A stretch of DNA of 64,000 nucleotides. It comes from Longimicrobiales bacterium (lineage in GTDB: Bacteria > Gemmatimonadota > Gemmatimonadetes > Longimicrobiales > Gaopeijiaceae). Each line of letters opens with the position of its first letter. Within the stretch, counting starts at the first letter, position 1. The notes under the pieces were generated by a model. It was given only the letters and a program-made list of their open reading frames with translations. It was not told the DNA's origin and did not search any database. Location of the stretch: the NCBI GenBank assembly GCA_965203485.1, contig OZ241892.1:1856001-1920000 (forward strand), read 5' to 3'. A program made the position numbers and the translations under genes. This document shows, one piece after another, positions 58,266 to 64,000 of this stretch.

Positions 58266-60476
58266 CTACCGCGACACCATGTACGTCGCCTTCACCACCA
58301 GCCGCCGTGTCATGCGCAGGTCCGGCGAAACGTCGTCGCGGCGAAGCTCGTCGTACGCCACGTAGACGTCGCTGCCCGCCGCGTACGTGTAGCGCAACCG
58401 GGCGCTCGCGCCCAACTGGCCGGTGAGCGAGTTGTACTGGGCGATCGAGCGCAGGGTCGTGGAGGGCGAGATCGCGAAGTCCAGCCGCAGCGACGCCAAG
58501 TCGACCTGAAACGCGCCGCCCGGAAGCGACACGTCGTTGCGCGAGTACCCGGCCTCGACGGAGAACTGGTCGGTCAGGCGCCCGCCCAAGCTGGCGCTCG
58601 CGTTGCTTCGCGTGCCGCCGAAGAACGTCTGCGGCTGGTAGGCCGCACCGTAGTAGACGCGCCGCGCCGGATTGCTGTCGAACGACACCCGCCACTGGCC
58701 GAAGTCGTAGTCGCCCGCCGGAATCTCCACGCCGTTCAAGACGAAGGGAACGGGGAGCCGCTCGAAGTAGTCGTTGTACCAGACGTTCAGATAAGCGCCG
58801 TTGTCGAAGCGCGTGCCGACCATGTAGTGCCAGCGCCGCGACAGGAGGCGCCCGTTCTGGTCGGTCGTGTTCGTCAGATTCACCATCGGCGACATGACGC
58901 GCACGCCCCAGCGGCCCGGCCTCGGGCTGCGCTCCAGGTGAAGCTTGGACACGCGGATGCCCGCCCGCGGCAGAAAGCCGACTTCGGGGTTGAAGTCGTC
59001 GCCGAAGCTGGCGAACTCGCCGTAGACTCGCCAACGGTCGTCCAGCCAGGTCGCGTTCAGGTAGCTGCCGGTCTCGCTCCGGGTCGCGCCGGGCGTCTGG
59101 GTGCGGGCCAGGAAGCCCGTGACGGCGAGCGCGGGGTGCGGAGCCAGCGCCACGTCGGCCGCGTAGGTGCGGTTGAAGCGCGGACCGCCCGTCTCCGCTC
59201 GATTCACGAAGAGGCCGCCCACGCGCGAGCGGGAGAAGACGCGGCGGCCGTAGCGGGCCACGAAGAAGTTCTCGCCCGGCCGGCCGCTCGCGTCGTCCGT
59301 CTGCACGTCCAGCAACGCCAAGTCGTGCCGGCCCAGCCTGCCCGTCAGGCGCGCCCCGCCGACGATGGGGACGGTCTCGCCCGTTTCGGAGATGCCGATC
59401 CGCCGCGTGAAGAACAGGTCCGCCAAGCGGTTGAACGGGGTGACGGAACCGACGTTGAACTGGCCGGCGTTTTCCAGGAAGAAGTCTCGCTTCTCGGGAA
59501 AGAAGAGCGGGAAGCGGGTGAGGTTGACCTGCTCGTCGTCCACCTCCGCTTGGGCGAAGTCGGTGTTCAGGGTGAGATCGAGGTTCACGCCGGGCGCGAT
59601 GCCGTACTTGACGTCGAGGCCGGCGTCGCGGTCGAAGGCGCCCTCGGTTCCGCCGCCGAGCGCCGACGCCTGGCTGGCGCCGCCCGTCACGAACGGCGTG
59701 ACTCGCAGGTCCAGTCCCCGGTTCAGCGATTCCAAGCCGCTCAGCGTCCCGGCCAAGCTCACGCGCGTGATGCCGTACGCCTTCGGCACCGGCGCCCAGA
59801 ACGACTGCTCGTTGATCGCCGCGACGTTGCGCATGACGTTGAAGCCCCAGTCCTGCGCGCCGGCGTCCGGAAAGCGCAGGGTCACCACGGGGATCGCGAT
59901 CTCGGCCGCCCATCCCTCGGGAACGATCGCCGCCGCCACGTGCCACACGCCGTCCCAGTCGCGGTTGATGTTGGACGTGGACAGGCCGAAGCGGCCGCCT
60001 TCCCCCTCGTTGAAGATTTGCTGGTCCAGCTTCGCCCCCAGCGGGTTGGTCGCGAACATGTACGCGGAGCGCGAGTCCTTGAAGGTGTCGAATACGATCT
60101 GGACGTTGTCCTCCTCGAGGATGCGCTCCGAGTCGCGCCGCATCTCCGTCGCCGTCGGAACGTTGGAATCGTAGGCCGTGATGCCCAGATAGATCGTCTC
60201 CGAGTCGTAGAGGACGCGCACCTCCGTGCGTTGCGTCGCCGGCTCCCCCTCGCGAGGCTCCTGTTGCACGAACGCGTCCATGCGGCCCGCGCGGCGCCAA
60301 GCTTCCTCGTCGAGCTTGGCGTCCAAGACCGGCGGAGAGTTCGCGAGCGCCGCGCCCGCTCGATACAGCCGCCAGCCTTCCTGCGGGGACTCGGCCGCCA
60401 GACCGGCCTCGCACGCGACGGACGCAAGAACGACGCTCGCCCAGAACCGGACCGCCCGCGATCCGAGCCGCGCCAG
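58266..60476 (-). CDS. CBM9-like plus DUF5916 outer-membrane protein; start uncertain
   Basis: P.LD.KLDE..W, T.VRVLYD..TIY, W.AEIAIP..TLRF, NTDFAQAEVD...NLTRFPLFFPEKRDFFLE; C-terminal VVKATY. Confidence 0.85.
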   Translation of the reverse strand: MARLGSRAVRFWASVVLASVACEAGLAAESPQEGWRLYRAGAALANSPPVLDAKLDEEAWRRAGRMDAFVQQEPREGEPATQRTEVRVLYDSETIYLGITAYDSNVPTATEMRRDSERILEEDNVQIVFDTFKDSRSAYMFATNPLGAKLDQQIFNEGEGGRFGLSTSNINRDWDGVWHVAAAIVPEGWAAEIAIPVVTLRFPDAGAQDWGFNVMRNVAAINEQSFWAPVPKAYGITRVSLAGTLSGLESLNRGLDLRVTPFVTGGASQASALGGGTEGAFDRDAGLDVKYGIAPGVNLDLTLNTDFAQAEVDDEQVNLTRFPLFFPEKRDFFLENAGQFNVGSVTPFNRLADLFFTRRIGISETGETVPIVGGARLTGRLGRHDLALLDVQTDDASGRPGENFFVARYGRRVFSRSRVGGLFVNRAETGGPRFNRTYAADVALAPHPALAVTGFLARTQTPGATRSETGSYLNATWLDDRWRVYGEFASFGDDFNPEVGFLPRAGIRVSKLHLERSPRPGRWGVRVMSPMVNLTNTTDQNGRLLSRRWHYMVGTRFDNGAYLNVWYNDYFERLPVPFVLNGVEIPAGDYDFGQWRVSFDSNPARRVYYGAAYQPQTFFGGTRSNASASLGGRLTDQFSVEAGYSRNDVSLPGGAFQVDLASLRLDFAISPSTTLRSIAQYNSLTGQLGASARLRYTYAAGSDVYVAYDELRRDDVSPDLRMTRRLVVKATYMVSR

Positions 60477-60594
60477 CCGCTCGCGTTGCGTTCGCGCCGA
60501 CCTTTCCGCCGTCCCGGAATCCCCGTACCCTGTCCGTTCGCGGTTGCCTGTCCATCCCCCGCGCAAGCCCTGCCCGACCGGAGAAGTCGCCAAG

Positions 60595-62220
60595 ATGCCC
60601 GCCCCAGCGCTCCGTCGTTCCGCCCTCGCCCTAACGGCTCTCTGCACGTGCTTCGCCCCTCTCGCCGCGGCCCGCGGCCAGTCCATGTCCGCCGAAGACC
60701 TGGCGCCCCTGCTGGAACGAGTCGAGGCCGGCGTGAACGACCGCGCCAAGCTGGTCCAGGTCATGATCGACAAGATCTTCTCGTTCTCGGAACTCGGGCA
60801 ACAGGAAACCGAGACGTCGGCGTACGTCACCGGCGTCCTGGAAGAAAACGGATTCGAGGTGGACCGCGGCGCCGCGGGGATTCCGACGGCTTGGTTCGCG
60901 CGCTGGGGATCGGGCGCGCCGGTGATTTCGCTGGGCTCCGACATCGACGGCATTCCGAAGGCAAGCCAGAAGCCGGGAGTGGCCTACCACGATCCGCTGG
61001 TGCCGGGCGCGCCGGGGCATGGCGAAGGACACAACTCCGGCCAAGCCGTGAACGTGGTCGCCGCACTGGCGCTGAAGGACGTCATGGAGGCCGAAGGCTT
61101 CGGGGGGACGATCGTGCTGTGGCCGGGGGTGGCCGAGGAGCAGCTGGGCAGCAAGGCTTGGTTCGTGCGGGACGGGTACTTCGACGACGTGGACGTGACC
61201 ATCTTCACGCACGTCAGCAGCAACTTGTCCGTCGGCTGGGGCCAGGGCAACGGGACCGGCCTGGTGTCGGTCGAGTTCACGTTCGAGGGAGAGGCGGCCC
61301 ACGGGGCGGGCGCGCCGTGGCGGGGACGGAGCGCGCTGGACGCGGTGGAGCTCATGAACGTGGCTTGGAACTTCAAGCGCGAGCATCTACGGCCGGACCA
61401 GCGGTCGCACTACGTGATATCGGACGGCGGGGACCAGCCCAACGTGGTCCCGCCCAGCGCCTCCGTCTGGTACTTCATCCGCGAGATGGACTACGAGGAC
61501 ATACAGCGCAACTTCGAGACGGCGGTGCGGATCGCGGAAGGGGCCGCGCTCATGACCGACACCGAGATGTCGTACCGGATCATCGGCGCGGCGTGGCCCC
61601 GGCACTTCAACCGCGTGGTCGCCGAGACGATGCACGAGCACATACGGGAGGTCGGCCTGCCCGAGTGGACGGAGGACGACCACAGCTTCGCTCGGGCGGT
61701 GCAGCGGTCGGTGGGCGGCGAGGCCCGCGGCCTGCCGACGGAGCTGGCGCCTCTGGGGCAGCCCGGCGGCACGCGGCGCAGCGGGGGTTCCGACGACATC
61801 GGCGACATCTCGTGGACGATGCCCACCGTGACGCTCCGCTTCCCGTCCAACGTGCCGGGGTTGCCGGGCCACCACTGGTCCAGCGCCATGGCCATGGCGA
61901 CGCCGATCGCGCACAAGGGCGGAGTGGCGGGCGCTCGGGTCGTCGCACGCACGGCGCTTCAGCTGCTGGCCCAGCCGGAGCTGGTGGACCAAGCGTGGAC
62001 GTACTTCAACGACGTCCAGACCGCCGAGACGAGCTACACGCCGTTCATCGGCCCCGACGACCCTCCGCCGACCCATCTGAACAAGGAGATCATGGACCGG
62101 TATCGGCCGTTGCTCCGCCAGTACTACTACGACGAGACCCGGTTCGACACGTACTTGGAGCAACTGGGCATCGCATACCCGACGCTGGAGCGGCGCGCGC
62201 CGTCGCCGGAGCAGAGCTGA
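60595..62220 (+). CDS. Exported M20-family amidohydrolase (AbgB-like)
   Basis: Signal peptide; ELG.QE.ETS, GHGEGHN, AEE, GRSALDAVELM, GSDDIGDISW. Confidence 0.88.
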   Translation: MPAPALRRSALALTALCTCFAPLAAARGQSMSAEDLAPLLERVEAGVNDRAKLVQVMIDKIFSFSELGQQETETSAYVTGVLEENGFEVDRGAAGIPTAWFARWGSGAPVISLGSDIDGIPKASQKPGVAYHDPLVPGAPGHGEGHNSGQAVNVVAALALKDVMEAEGFGGTIVLWPGVAEEQLGSKAWFVRDGYFDDVDVTIFTHVSSNLSVGWGQGNGTGLVSVEFTFEGEAAHGAGAPWRGRSALDAVELMNVAWNFKREHLRPDQRSHYVISDGGDQPNVVPPSASVWYFIREMDYEDIQRNFETAVRIAEGAALMTDTEMSYRIIGAAWPRHFNRVVAETMHEHIREVGLPEWTEDDHSFARAVQRSVGGEARGLPTELAPLGQPGGTRRSGGSDDIGDISWTMPTVTLRFPSNVPGLPGHHWSSAMAMATPIAHKGGVAGARVVARTALQLLAQPELVDQAWTYFNDVQTAETSYTPFIGPDDPPPTHLNKEIMDRYRPLLRQYYYDETRFDTYLEQLGIAYPTLERRAPSPEQS

Positions 62221-62291
62221 CGAAGATGCACGACGACGACCCGCCGGGGGCCTTGGCGACGCAAGCGACCCTTTATGAGGAGGCGACCGCG

Positions 62292-63536
62292 ATGAAAACA
62301 ACATATCTCGTCGGTGCGGCCCGCTCGGCTTTCCTTGCGGGAGCGGCCTTCCTGGCGGCCGGTTGCGGAGATGCGCGCGACGCGGGAAGCTCCCCAGCCG
62401 ACGGCGGCTCGCTGGCGACGGTCGTGGACACCGCGGGCGCATGGGTTCGCGTCGCGAACTCCGGCGACCCGCCCGAGTGGAACTTGGTCTTGGTCGCGTC
62501 GATCGGCCCGGGAGCCGAAGCGGGCGAGGCGGCCCCAGGCGACTTCGGCGCCGCCGCTAGCGTCGCCTTCGGTCCCGGCGACCACGACGTGTACGTCGCC
62601 GACCGCATGAACTGCGAGATCAGGGTCTTCGGACTCGACGGGAGCCACCGCCGCACCTTCGGGCGATGCGGAGAGGGTCCGGGCGAGTTCACCCAATATC
62701 TGCACTCCATCGCGTGGGTCGGCGACAAGCTGCTGGCCTTCGACTTCGGCGGCAGCCGGATAGGCGAGCTGACGGGCGCCGGCGAGTGGCTGGGGCATCG
62801 CCGGGTTGCCGCCGCCGGGCGCGGCAACAGCTACACCGCCTTGTACCGCACGGGTCCCAACAAAGCGTACGCGCAGGCTCTCGCAACAAGCGGAACCGAG
62901 GTTGCCCAGCTGGGTTTGGTGTTGCTTGGGCACGACGCCGACGGCGCAACGGCCGACACGGTTTGGCCCCTTGACCCTCCTCCGGGGGCGAGCGTGATCT
63001 GCAGACGGGAGGACGAGGGTTCGATATTCGTCGATTTCTTCGAGAACCCCTATGCGCCGCGGCTCCTGCAACACCCGGGGCCCGGCGGCACGCTCTGGTC
63101 GGCCATGTCGAACGACTATCGAATCGTCGTCTCCCGGGGCGGCGACACGTTGCGGGCGATCGAGCGCGAGCTGGCTCCGGAGCCCATCGCCGACGAAGAG
63201 TGGGACGCGCTCTCGCGCCAGTTCGAGACTTGGCTGGAAGACAGGCCCGGGGCGTCGTGCGAGCCGCGAAGGCCGAGGAGGCCGCCTGCGCACCAACTCA
63301 TGGAACGCATCTTCCTCGACGCGGCAGGGCGCTTGTGGGTCGAAGTCGCGAGGACCGGCGGCCGGCGGTGGGAACTCTTCGACGCCGAGGGCAGGCTCCT
63401 GGCCCGCTTGCCGGCGGGCGACCGCAAGAAGCGCCTGATGCCCGCGTTCGGCGACCGCCACCTCGCGACGATCCGCGAGGACGGCCTGGGGCGCGACCAC
63501 GTGGACGTCTGGAGGATCGAGGAGCCGGCAAGGTAG
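62292..63536 (+). CDS. 6-bladed beta-propeller (NHL-like) lipoprotein
   Basis: GAGGAGG ribosome-binding site; lipobox AAGC; VYVADR...IRVF..DG....FGR.GEGPGEF; D..GRLWV; FD.EGRLL. Confidence 0.82.
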   Translation: MKTTYLVGAARSAFLAGAAFLAAGCGDARDAGSSPADGGSLATVVDTAGAWVRVANSGDPPEWNLVLVASIGPGAEAGEAAPGDFGAAASVAFGPGDHDVYVADRMNCEIRVFGLDGSHRRTFGRCGEGPGEFTQYLHSIAWVGDKLLAFDFGGSRIGELTGAGEWLGHRRVAAAGRGNSYTALYRTGPNKAYAQALATSGTEVAQLGLVLLGHDADGATADTVWPLDPPPGASVICRREDEGSIFVDFFENPYAPRLLQHPGPGGTLWSAMSNDYRIVVSRGGDTLRAIERELAPEPIADEEWDALSRQFETWLEDRPGASCEPRRPRRPPAHQLMERIFLDAAGRLWVEVARTGGRRWELFDAEGRLLARLPAGDRKKRLMPAFGDRHLATIREDGLGRDHVDVWRIEEPAR

Positions 63537-63559
63537 GGCCTTCGCCCGCGGGAGCGCGC

Positions 63560-64000
63560 CTACAGGATGGTCTTGCCCAGCGCCGACGCCACTAGGTCGG
63601 CGGCGAGCGCCGCGGTGTCGTTGCGGTGATCCAGAACCGGATTGAGCTCGACCACGTCCATGCTGGTCATCAAGCCCGTGCGCGCCGCCTTCTCGCACAC
63701 CAAGTGCGCTTCGCGATTCGTGAGCCCGCCCGGCACGGGCGTCCCCACGCCGGGCGCGAAACGCGGGTCCAGCGCGTCGAGATCCAGGGAGAGGTGAAAG
63801 CCGGCGGTCCCGTCGCCGACGCGTTCCAGAGCCTCGTCCATGCAAGGGCCGGCGCCGCGGGCGTCGATCTCCGACATCGTGAACACGCGCACGTCGAGCT
63901 CGCCGATCAGCTGCCGCTCCCCCGGGTCGAGTTCGCGCGCCGCAAGCACGCAGACGTTGGCGGGATCGACGGCGGGAAACGGACCGGCCAGCCTGGTCGG
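63560..64000 (-). CDS. rocF: Arginase (3' part; the gene begins beyond the right edge)
   Basis: Motifs [44 protein letters not shown]. Confidence 0.88.
   Translation of the reverse strand, partial: PTRLAGPFPAVDPANVCVLAARELDPGERQLIGELDVRVFTMSEIDARGAGPCMDEALERVGDGTAGFHLSLDLDALDPRFAPGVGTPVPGGLTNREAHLVCEKAARTGLMTSMDVVELNPVLDHRNDTAALAADLVASALGKTIL

Noticed and set aside
57615..62291. N-terminal ~1560 aa of the 1973-aa plus-strand ORF
   Set aside because: It is an antisense or off-frame shadow of the parvulin, DUF5916 and amidohydrolase genes. Only the part from ATG 62292 (ribosome-binding site, lipobox) looks real.

Overview
This is GC-rich bacterial chromosomal DNA. Gene content and synteny suggest Gemmatimonadota, and the repeated 6-bladed propeller proteins and Ig-like repeat surface protein hint at a sponge- or invertebrate-associated lineage (inference only). 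Left to right: the 5' part of a large repeat surface protein preceded by a G20 tract; a minus-strand run read as type IV pilin cluster (pilA, four minor pilins, pilM, pilN, fused pilO-pilP, pilQ), then aroC, aroK, topA, trmFO, xerC; a GT2, a LysM protein, marC, sod, dinB and a Na+/alanine symporter; two coupled exported proteins; an aroA-cmk fusion; tyrA; a 1079-aa TPR/DUF2325-like protein; a beta-propeller; rnz; a Tat-exported PLP enzyme; an S9 peptidase; a decaying restriction-modification (RM) patch (frameshifted XamI-family REase, truncated MTase, mscS, Type IIG-like fusion with a terminal frameshift); and apaG. The most distinctive locus is a SusC/SusD pair with unusual Cys motifs, flanked on both sides by di-haem (2x CxxCH) DHOR-family lipoproteins, a CxxC lipoprotein, a parvulin and a CBM9/DUF5916 barrel. 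The window ends with an M20 amidohydrolase, a second propeller and a partial arginase. I found no rRNA, tRNA, CRISPR array or transposase. All family calls come from motif recognition by eye; no searches were run.
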